Under the pieces are notes generated by a model. It worked only from the letters and a program-made list of their open reading frames with translations. It ran no database searches and had not been told where the DNA came from. From Bacteroidales bacterium (GTDB lineage Bacteria; Bacteroidota; Bacteroidia; Bacteroidales; P3), in contig JAISLH010000015.1 of the NCBI GenBank assembly GCA_031260565.1, forward strand, positions 452 to 64,451: a DNA stretch of 64,000 nucleotides. The letters are read 5' to 3'. This document shows, one piece after another, positions 54,956 to 62,382 of this stretch (positions are counted from its first letter, which is position 1; every line of letters starts with the position of its first letter). A program made the position numbers and the translations under genes.

Positions 54956-55663
54956 ATGAATACATTAGAGCAACTTACCACATCGCAAAAGCACATCTAT
55001 TACGCTGAATTAGCTAAACTCTGCACCGAAAATCGCACAAATCTTTTTGCAAAGGTCATTGAGCAGCGGACAAAGCAGATGACAATAGTAATAGAGAATA
55101 TTTACCAGTCTCATAACGCAAGTGCAGTGTTGCGAACTGCCGATTGCGTGGGATTACAGGATGTTTATGTGATAGAGAATGACAATAAATACGAAGTAAA
55201 TCCCGATGTTGCTCTCGGCTCTTCAAAGTGGATAGACCTGCATCGCTACAATAAGGAAGCCAATAACACAAAACAATGCCTTGATAAACTGAAAGCCGAT
55301 GGTTATAAGATTGTTGCAACCTTGCCAAGTGAGAAAAACGTTTGGCTTGACGACATAGACATTCACGACAAGCTGGCTGTGGTTTTTGGTAATGAATTAA
55401 AAGGCTTGTCGGATATTGCAATAGAGGAAGCCGATATTTATATGAAGATACCAATGTACGGCTTTACGGAGAGTTTTAACATTTCTGTCTCTGCTGCTAT
55501 TACAATGTATCAACTCACGGACAGGTTACGCAAGTCCGATGTCAAATGGCAGATGACCGAAGACGAAAAAATAAATACTCTAATCAAATGGGCAAAGCAG
55601 ACAATCAAATATCCCGATAAGGTAGAGCAAGAAATACTCGCAAGGATAGGTATTACACAATAA
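54956..55663 (+). CDS. SpoU/TrmH-family RNA 2'-O-methyltransferase
   Basis: It has NIYQSHNASAVLRTADCVGL, VFGNELKGLS and IPMYGFTESFNISVSAAI (SPOUT knot motifs). Confidence 0.8.
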   Translation: MNTLEQLTTSQKHIYYAELAKLCTENRTNLFAKVIEQRTKQMTIVIENIYQSHNASAVLRTADCVGLQDVYVIENDNKYEVNPDVALGSSKWIDLHRYNKEANNTKQCLDKLKADGYKIVATLPSEKNVWLDDIDIHDKLAVVFGNELKGLSDIAIEEADIYMKIPMYGFTESFNISVSAAITMYQLTDRLRKSDVKWQMTEDEKINTLIKWAKQTIKYPDKVEQEILARIGITQ

Positions 55664-55707
55664 AATTATCAAAAAAGAGTTGTTTATAAGGATAAAACAC
55701 AATCGTT

Positions 55708-56448
55708 ATGCTAAGAATAAAACATATCTTACTTATCTTCGCTCTGCTGTTTGCCTTCAATAAGCCAGCGCAAGCTCAGTTATTTCAGGCTACTGTCAAT
55801 GCAGGCTTAAATCTTTCGCAGGTTGAGGGCGATGAAGTGTCAGGATTTTATAAGGCAGGCTTCACAGGAGGCGTTGGAGTTATGATGCCGCTGCAGCCAA
55901 GCAATCTTAAAGGCTCATGGCGTGCTTCTTTGGAAATGCTTTACAGCCTAAGAGGTGCATACGAGAAAGAACCAACGGGGACAAAAGCCCCTTTCGGTTA
56001 CTCACTCGGTCTTCAATACATTGATATTCCTGTTATGATACACTACAAAGACCCTCGCCTTGACTTGATGTTTGGATTGGGTGTTCAATATGGCAGACTG
56101 TTCAAGATAAATGAAGAGTGGCGGCTACCAGAAACACCAAAGTTAGGCTTTTATCGTCCTATTGATGTAGAAAAGCTTCCTTCCTTTAACCGCAATGAGT
56201 TTTCTGTCGTAGCAGATGTGCGTTTTGGAATATGGCAAAAGCTCAAATGCAGCGTCCGATGGCAGTATGGTTTGACTTCAATACGCTCTGACGTCCCCTT
56301 TTCCAATGGTGCTAATCCCGGAACAGACGGTTACTACATCGTTAGTAGAGATTACCACAACCATTGGCTCACTCTACGATTGGTTTATGTCATAAACGAG
56401 AGACCATCGCAAGATAAGGACAGAACAATTAACCGAAACAGATATTGA
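55708..56448 (+). CDS. Outer-membrane beta-barrel protein (OMP_b-brl_2 / PorT-like size class)
   Basis: It has a signal peptide, alternating-hydrophobic beta-strand pattern, and is 246 aa. Confidence 0.5.
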   Translation: MLRIKHILLIFALLFAFNKPAQAQLFQATVNAGLNLSQVEGDEVSGFYKAGFTGGVGVMMPLQPSNLKGSWRASLEMLYSLRGAYEKEPTGTKAPFGYSLGLQYIDIPVMIHYKDPRLDLMFGLGVQYGRLFKINEEWRLPETPKLGFYRPIDVEKLPSFNRNEFSVVADVRFGIWQKLKCSVRWQYGLTSIRSDVPFSNGANPGTDGYYIVSRDYHNHWLTLRLVYVINERPSQDKDRTINRNRY

Positions 56449-56449
56449 T

Positions 56450-56926
56450 ATGAGTGAAAGAATAGCACTATTTCCCGGTTCGTTTGACCCAATTACTAAT
56501 GGACACGAATCAGTAGTTTTAAGAGCCTTGCCCTTGTTTGATAAAATTGTCGTAGCCTTTGGAGAAAATGTTGCAAAGGATGCTTCGTTCCCTTTGGAGC
56601 AACGAATGCAATGGGTGAAGAAGACATTTGCAAACCAGAATAAGATAGAAATAGCCTCATTTTCTACTCTAACAATAGATTATTGCCGTCAGATAGGGGC
56701 AAAGTATGTTTTGCGGGGCTTACGCAATCAATTAGATTTCCAGTATGAGAGTAACATAGGACGAATAAATCAAGAACTGAACGGCGATATAGAGACAGTC
56801 TTCCTTCTTACCAAACCCGAAGACGCTGTTATCAGTTCGTCATTTGTAAAAGAAATCTTATCCTTCGGAGGCGACATAAGAAAGTTCGTACCTGCTGCCG
56901 TAGCGGACGACATTCAAAGAAGGTAA
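56450..56926 (+). CDS. coaD: Phosphopantetheine adenylyltransferase
   Basis: It has FPGSFDPITNGH (HxGH-class nucleotidyltransferase) and ISSSFVKE, at 158 aa. Confidence 0.9.
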   Translation: MSERIALFPGSFDPITNGHESVVLRALPLFDKIVVAFGENVAKDASFPLEQRMQWVKKTFANQNKIEIASFSTLTIDYCRQIGAKYVLRGLRNQLDFQYESNIGRINQELNGDIETVFLLTKPEDAVISSSFVKEILSFGGDIRKFVPAAVADDIQRR

Positions 56927-56929
56927 GAT

Positions 56930-57511
56930 ATGGGTAAAGTTTCATTCAAATTAGGCACTATGTTATATCCCCTGCCTGCCGTTATGGTGAGTTGCGGGCA
57001 GACAATAGAAGAATACAATATAATAACTGTGGCATGGGTTGGGACATTGTCTTCCGAGCCTCCTATGTGCTATGTGTCAATAAGGAAAAGCCGCCACAGC
57101 CATAAGATAATATCAGCCTCAAAATGCTTTGTAATCAACCTGACCACTGAAAGCCTTGCACGAGCTACTGACTGGTGCGGAGTGAAGAGTGGAAGGCAGC
57201 ATAACAAATTCGTTTCAATGGGCTTAACTCCTGTAAAAGCACCTCATATTGCTGCTCCGATGATAGATGAAAGCCCTTTGTGTATAGAATGTGAAGTTGT
57301 GGAGATACGAGAGTTAGGTTCGCACGATTGTTTCATAGCAAAGGTGGTCGGAGTTAATGCAGACGAACGTTATATTGACGCAAAGACGGGCGAATTCAAT
57401 CTTGAAAAAGCACAGCTCCTTACTTACTCACACGGCAAATACTATGGGCTTGGAGCAAAATTAGGTTTCTTCGGCTTCTCTGTTGAAAAAAAGAAGAAGA
57501 AAACGAAATAA
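56930..57511 (+). CDS. Flavin reductase-like (FMN-binding split-barrel) protein
   Basis: YPLPAVMVSCG...NIITVAWVGTLSSEPPM...INL is typical of the Flavin_Reduct domain. Confidence 0.7.
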   Translation: MGKVSFKLGTMLYPLPAVMVSCGQTIEEYNIITVAWVGTLSSEPPMCYVSIRKSRHSHKIISASKCFVINLTTESLARATDWCGVKSGRQHNKFVSMGLTPVKAPHIAAPMIDESPLCIECEVVEIRELGSHDCFIAKVVGVNADERYIDAKTGEFNLEKAQLLTYSHGKYYGLGAKLGFFGFSVEKKKKKTK

Positions 57512-57538
57512 TAAAACTACAAAACTTTCTTTCAAAAG

Positions 57539-57846
57539 AACGAAGCAGTGTTTTAATTCACTCAAGCAGTGTTTTAAATCACTCAAACAGCGTTTTAAAT
57601 TACGGAAGCAGTGTTTAAACTTCTTGAAACAGCGTTTGAGATTCATAAGATGTACATCTTTTTTTCATAAGATGTACATCTTATTTTCGTTTGATGTACA
57701 TCTTATTTTATTTTGATGTACATCTTATTAAATTTAGATGTACATCTTATTAAGTTTTGATATATACCAAACTAAAATAAAACACTGCTTCCGTAAATTT
57801 AAACACTGTTTCAGTAACTTAAAACACTGCTTCGTTAAGTTAAAAC
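57539..57846. repeat. Composite palindromic element B2: imperfect inverted arms of AAGCAGTGTTTTAA-type boxes plus 5 x 22-bp phased GATGTACATC array
   Basis: Palindrome copies start at 57649, 57671, 57693, 57715 and 57737. The first 18 nt of the left arm (aacgaagcagtgttttaa) are the exact reverse complement of 57819-57836. The left arm carries one extra box. Confidence 0.95.
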
Positions 57847-58013
57847 AAAGTAAGAGCGAAATGTAATCAAGTTTGGGAGCGACAAAACAAAATAAGAGCA
57901 AATTAAAACCTTACTTTATTTTAGCCAAAGGAAGAATGAAGGGAATAATATGGGCTGTTATCCCCGTAAAACCGCATATTGCGTTGTTGGAATATGGTTA
58001 CGCAAAATTTTAT

Positions 58014-58021
58014 TACCTTTG
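58014..58021 (+). promoter_or_regulatory. -7 promoter box (TACCTTTG)
   Basis: TAnnTTTG lies 23 nt upstream of the ATG at 58044. Confidence 0.5.
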
Positions 58022-58043
58022 CAGCTGAAAAAACTATAAGAAA

Positions 58044-58391
58044 ATGATAATGATTCCCTCATCGGTATGGTTAATATTAGCAGCGGCAACAGGAATACTT
58101 TTAGGTAAGTGGCTGTCTGTGCGGTATCTGAAACGCAGAATGGCAGGAGATGATACGGATTTAGTCATCCTGTATAAGCAAAACAGGAAACGACTCTATG
58201 TTTGCTCTTATGCGTTTCTCTCTTTTGTGGCTTTGGGCTTGGTTTTTGAGCTTACGCTAAATTATGACATCTTTTCGTTTGGCTTAGGTAACGGGTTAAG
58301 GGTGTGTCGCATAATTCCTATACTCTTTTTTCCCTTTGCAATATTTTATGGTAATAATTACAAAACTTTAGAAAGGAAAATAATAAAATGA
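58044..58391 (+). CDS. Small polytopic membrane protein (115 aa), paralog of the next ORF
   Basis: It has 3-4 hydrophobic segments and shares the N-terminal pattern ...GKWLSVRYLKRR with the downstream ORF. The junction is an ATGA overlap. Confidence 0.55.
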   Translation: MIMIPSSVWLILAAATGILLGKWLSVRYLKRRMAGDDTDLVILYKQNRKRLYVCSYAFLSFVALGLVFELTLNYDIFSFGLGNGLRVCRIIPILFFPFAIFYGNNYKTLERKIIK

Positions 58392-58738
58392 CGTGGTATT
58401 TAGTGGCAATAATCGTAATAGGGGCAGTAGCTATGCTTGTTAGCAAGTGGCTGTCTAATCATTATATGAACAGGATATTGAAGCAGGAGAACGCTGATTT
58501 GCAGAAAGAATACGATATAAACAAGAAGAGGAGCAATGTTATGATGAGAGTAATGTTTGCAGGCTTTGCAATCTATGTCTTAATTGTGATGCTAACAGCA
58601 ACAATACCATATACAGATTACTTGATATATGGAATGCTGGTGATGGTGTGTGGTTTAACCCTGTCAAGCGGATATTATGGCTATAATATGCAAAGATTAG
58701 TGAAGACAATATTAAATAATAAAAATACAAAACAATGA
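58388..58738 (+). CDS. Small polytopic membrane protein (116 aa), paralog of the previous ORF
   Basis: It has ...SKWLSNHYMNRI and the same architecture. An ATGA overlap joins it to the CoA-transferase gene. Confidence 0.55.
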   Translation: MTWYLVAIIVIGAVAMLVSKWLSNHYMNRILKQENADLQKEYDINKKRSNVMMRVMFAGFAIYVLIVMLTATIPYTDYLIYGMLVMVCGLTLSSGYYGYNMQRLVKTILNNKNTKQ

Positions 58739-59373
58739 GTAAGCATATTAAAATCAACGAAGCAGTTGATATGATTAAAGACGGAATGACCGTTATGATT
58801 GGTGGTTTTCTTGCTGTGGGAAGTGCCAACGACATTATCGCAAAACTTGCCGACAAAGGCGTTAAAGACCTGACTCTAATCTGCAATGATGCGTCTTATG
58901 TGGATAGAGGTATCGGGCTTTTGATAGCAAGAGGGTGCGTTAAGAAATGTATTGCATCCTATATTGGCTCTAACCCTGTGGCAGGTGAAAAGATGAACAG
59001 CGGAGAATTGGATATGGAGCTTGTACCTCAGGGAACTCTTGCTGAGAGAGTGCGTTGTGGTGGCGTAGGTGTTGGAGGTTTTTTGACTAAGACGGGTATT
59101 GGTACGCTGGTTGAGGAAGGTAAGCAAAAGATTGTAGTTGATGATGTTGAGTATCTTTTGGAGAAACCTCTCAGGGCAGATGTTGCTTTGATTGGAGCGA
59201 GCCTTTGCGACAAGCACGGTAACCTTATCTATAAAGGAACGAGTCAAAACTTCAACCCACTTATGGCAATGGCTGCCGATGTTGTCATTGCACAGGTGCG
59301 AGAAGAGGTTGATACTATGGAAGCGGAAACAATCCATACGCCATATCTCTTTGTAGATTATATTGTCAAATAA
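58735..59373 (+). CDS. atoD: 3-oxoacid / acetate (butyrate-acetoacetate) CoA-transferase subunit A
   Basis: It is colinear with E. coli AtoD: DGMTVMIGGF, DLTLICND, IASYIGSNP, LVPQGTLAERVRCGG.G.GGFLT.TG.GT.VEEGKQ and NFNPLMA.AAD. Confidence 0.8.
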   Translation: MSKHIKINEAVDMIKDGMTVMIGGFLAVGSANDIIAKLADKGVKDLTLICNDASYVDRGIGLLIARGCVKKCIASYIGSNPVAGEKMNSGELDMELVPQGTLAERVRCGGVGVGGFLTKTGIGTLVEEGKQKIVVDDVEYLLEKPLRADVALIGASLCDKHGNLIYKGTSQNFNPLMAMAADVVIAQVREEVDTMEAETIHTPYLFVDYIVK

Positions 59374-59374
59374 C

Positions 59375-59407
59375 CAATGACTGCACAGGGCTTATATATT
59401 AAGTTAA
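59375..59407. repeat. 33-bp direct repeat, left copy, flanking the R-M cassette
   Basis: caatgactgcacagggcttatatattaagttaa is identical to 60989-61021. It begins 2 nt after the atoD stop codon. Confidence 0.97.
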
Positions 59408-59448
59408 TATACACGAATAATAAGTTAGAGTATCATATTTTATAATCA

Positions 59449-60231
59449 ATGGAGCTATCAACGATATACAATGAGAATTGCTTGGAAACAATGAAGCGTA
59501 TGCCTGATTGCTTTCTTGATTTTGTTATTACATCTCCCCCTTACGATGATATTCGCAATTATAACGGCTTTACTTTTGAGTTTGAAGATATTGCGAGGCA
59601 GCTGTTCAGGGTTATGAAAGAGGGGGCTGTTATGATATGGGTTGTTGCAGATGCTACAATAAATGGTTGCGAAAGCGGGACATCATTCAAGCAGGCGTTG
59701 AAGTTTATTGAGATAGGCTTTCGGTTGCACGACACTATGATTTATTATAAAAACAACCCTATGCCACAAACAGGCAATCGCTATCATCAGCACTTTGAAT
59801 ATATGTTTTGTCTTTCCAAAGGCTCGCCTAAAACATTTAATCCAATAACTGAAAAGACCAAATACAACGGTTTGGCTAATATGAAAAACAGAGGTAAGAG
59901 AGGGGAGTTGCTTTATGAAAAGATAGAGCGAACAAGTGAAAAGAAGGTAGGTAATGTCTTTTGTTATTCCGTTGGTGGGGGCATTTCAACAAAGGACAAG
60001 ATAGCTTACAATCACCCTGCAATATTTCCCGAAAATTTAGTTAAAGACCAGATTAAGAGTTGGACTAATGAGGCGGACTTGGTTTATGACCCCTTTATGG
60101 GAAGTGGCACAACGGCAAAGGTAGCTCAGCTTATGAACAGACGTTGGATAGGCTCTGAAATATCAACGCAATATGTTGAAATTGCAGAGCAAAGAATAGC
60201 TCAGTATGTATTAGATGACTTATTTGTTTAG
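59449..60231 (+). CDS. Beta-class amino DNA methyltransferase (SPPY type, probably N4-cytosine or N6-adenine)
   Basis: It has motif IV ITSPPYDDIRNY at the N-terminus and motif I DPFMGSGTTAKVA at the C-terminus, at 260 aa. Confidence 0.85.
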   Translation: MELSTIYNENCLETMKRMPDCFLDFVITSPPYDDIRNYNGFTFEFEDIARQLFRVMKEGAVMIWVVADATINGCESGTSFKQALKFIEIGFRLHDTMIYYKNNPMPQTGNRYHQHFEYMFCLSKGSPKTFNPITEKTKYNGLANMKNRGKRGELLYEKIERTSEKKVGNVFCYSVGGGISTKDKIAYNHPAIFPENLVKDQIKSWTNEADLVYDPFMGSGTTAKVAQLMNRRWIGSEISTQYVEIAEQRIAQYVLDDLFV

Positions 60232-60234
60232 ATT

Positions 60235-60987
60235 ATGGATTTAGTTCAAAGAGGCTCTCAAACGGCAAAAGATGGTTTTCGTAACGAAGATGATATTGTT
60301 ATAAAGTTTAATAATTGGCAAAAAGACAACGAAGCTAAACTTTGGTTAGAGTATATGGGCTATAAGCTGGAGGATATTGAATATGTTAAGGTGATAAAGG
60401 TTGCAAAAGCTAAAACAGATGTTCAAGTTCAAATAACGATTAAATTAAAGAAAATAATAGATGCACAAAACATTCAGGTAAAACTTGTGAGCAACAACTC
60501 TGGCTTTAATCAAATAGATAAACGTTGGGTTGATAATTATGTTGAATTATGGAATATACCAAATGATGTTTCATCGTTATTAAAGCAATACACTGGGGAA
60601 ACAAAGCCAACGTTTAACACAAAAGACAAGAGGAGAGCTTTCGCAAATGAGTTTAACGACCAAGAGCAAATGAAGCTAATCAAATGGATAAAGAACAATC
60701 AATCACTAATAGTATCTGATATATTAAAAGGCAGAGGGCAGTTAGCTGCGGAATGGATGCTGGTCGTTCAAAAAGCTAACTCTACAACCAAATGGATACT
60801 GAACTCAATGAACTATTGCCTAAACTTCTTTGGCAATGGTGATGTTGTCATAACAGGGAGAGGGAGCATTAGAATAGGACAAATTACCATGCAACGCAAA
60901 GGTGGTGATGGAGGAAGAGATACGGCAAATATGTTACAATTCAAAATCAATCCTGCGTTGTTGTTTAAAAATGAAATAACAAAATAA
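60235..60987 (+). CDS. Type II restriction endonuclease, HinP1I/MspI-like by motif
   Basis: It starts 3 nt after the methyltransferase stop and is 250 aa. A PD-(D/E)xK variant has E18, D62 and Q81-V-K83 (KTDVQVQI...NIQVKLVSN). Confidence 0.6.
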   Translation: MDLVQRGSQTAKDGFRNEDDIVIKFNNWQKDNEAKLWLEYMGYKLEDIEYVKVIKVAKAKTDVQVQITIKLKKIIDAQNIQVKLVSNNSGFNQIDKRWVDNYVELWNIPNDVSSLLKQYTGETKPTFNTKDKRRAFANEFNDQEQMKLIKWIKNNQSLIVSDILKGRGQLAAEWMLVVQKANSTTKWILNSMNYCLNFFGNGDVVITGRGSIRIGQITMQRKGGDGGRDTANMLQFKINPALLFKNEITK

Positions 60988-60988
60988 T

Positions 60989-61021
60989 CAATGACTGCAC
61001 AGGGCTTATATATTAAGTTAA
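60989..61021. repeat. 33-bp direct repeat, right copy
   Basis: It is identical to 59375-59407 and begins 2 nt after the endonuclease stop codon. Confidence 0.97.
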
Positions 61022-61074
61022 ATGTAGTTACAAATTAGATAATAGTAATAACAAATAAAATAAAAGAATAAATT

Positions 61075-61467
61075 ATGGCAGTAAAATCATTAATCAGAAT
61101 GAGAATGAGCTCACACGATGCTCATTATGGAGGAAATCTTGTTGATGGAGCAAGAATGTTAAACCTTTTCGGTGATGTTGCAACCGAGCTTTTAATTATC
61201 AATGACGGCGATGAAGGGCTGTTTTGTGCGTATGACAATGTTGAGTTCCTTGCACCAGTGTTTGCAGGAGACTACATTGAAGCAACAGGAGAGATAACAC
61301 AGGTCGGCAATTCGTCTCGTAAGATGACCTTTGAGGCACGTAAAGTTATAGCTCCAAGAACAGATATTTCGGATTCGGCAGCAGATGTTTTGGCTGAGCC
61401 GATAGTTGTTTGCAGGGCAAGCGGAACGTGTGTTGTACCAAAGAAAAGCCAACGTAAAACCAATTAA
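61075..61467 (+). CDS. kal: 3-aminobutyryl-CoA ammonia-lyase (hotdog fold)
   Basis: It is 130 aa. [33 protein letters not shown]...[18 protein letters not shown] matches the Kal pattern, and it lies immediately upstream of kce. Confidence 0.7.
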   Translation: MAVKSLIRMRMSSHDAHYGGNLVDGARMLNLFGDVATELLIINDGDEGLFCAYDNVEFLAPVFAGDYIEATGEITQVGNSSRKMTFEARKVIAPRTDISDSAADVLAEPIVVCRASGTCVVPKKSQRKTN

Positions 61468-61470
61468 GCT

Positions 61471-62298
61471 ATGGAAAAGTTAATAATAACAGCAGCAATA
61501 TGCGGTGCAGAGGTTTTGAAGGAACACAATCCTGCTGTACCATACACCATTGAAGAATGTGTCCGTGAAGCAAAGTCGGCTTATGAGGCAGGAGCAAGCA
61601 TTATCCACCTTCATGTTCGTTGGGATGACGGCACTCCTACACAGGACAAAGAACGTTTTCGTGTCATTATGGAAGCAATTCGCAAGGAGTGTCCCGATGT
61701 TATCATACAGCCTTCGACAGGTGGAGCAGTGGGAATGACAGATGATGAGCGTCTGCAGCCAACGGAACTAATACCTGAGATGGCTACTTTGGATTGTGGA
61801 ACTTGTAACTTTGGCGGTGATGATGTCTTTACCAATACAGAGAACACTATCAAGTACTTTGGTGACAGAATGATTGAAAGAGGTATAAAGCCAGAGCTTG
61901 AAGTTTTTGATAAGTCTATGATAGAAATGGCTCTTCGCCTTCACAAAAAAGGACATATCGTAAAGCCTATGCACTTTGACTTTGTGATGGGTGTCAATGG
62001 CGGTATTGGTGGAGATATTCGCGACTTTGTCTTCTTACGTGGCTCTATACCTGCTGATGCTACTTACACTGTGGCAGGTGTTGGTCGTTACGAATTTCCT
62101 CTTGCGGCGTTGGCAATAATTGACGGCGGCAATGTGAGAGTGGGCTTTGAGGACAATGTTTATCTTGCTAAGGGTGTGCTTGCCAAATCCAATGGAGAGC
62201 TGGTGGCAAAGGTTGTCCGTATGGCTCGTGAGCTTGGTCGTGAGGTAGCCAACCCAACGGAAGCACGTCAGATATTAGGGTTAAAACCACTGAAATAA
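61471..62298 (+). CDS. kce: 3-keto-5-aminohexanoate cleavage enzyme (BKACE/DUF849)
   Basis: It has LIITAAICGAE...PYT.EE....A..AYEAGASIIHLHVR and TIM-barrel BKACE motifs, at 275 aa. Confidence 0.85.
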   Translation: MEKLIITAAICGAEVLKEHNPAVPYTIEECVREAKSAYEAGASIIHLHVRWDDGTPTQDKERFRVIMEAIRKECPDVIIQPSTGGAVGMTDDERLQPTELIPEMATLDCGTCNFGGDDVFTNTENTIKYFGDRMIERGIKPELEVFDKSMIEMALRLHKKGHIVKPMHFDFVMGVNGGIGGDIRDFVFLRGSIPADATYTVAGVGRYEFPLAALAIIDGGNVRVGFEDNVYLAKGVLAKSNGELVAKVVRMARELGREVANPTEARQILGLKPLK

Positions 62299-62382
62299 AC
62301 ACAAAAATATGTATGGGCGAATTATCATGTAGGAGTGAGGTTCGCCCGTCCTATAATCAAAAGAATAACCAATATTTAGACA

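Noticed and set aside
62315-62347. Hairpin gggcgaa-N19-ttcgccc after kce, sharing GGGCGAAT with the terminator at 53979
   Set aside because: The stem is short, the loop is large, and no T-run follows. The similarity to the other hairpin covers only about 8 nt.
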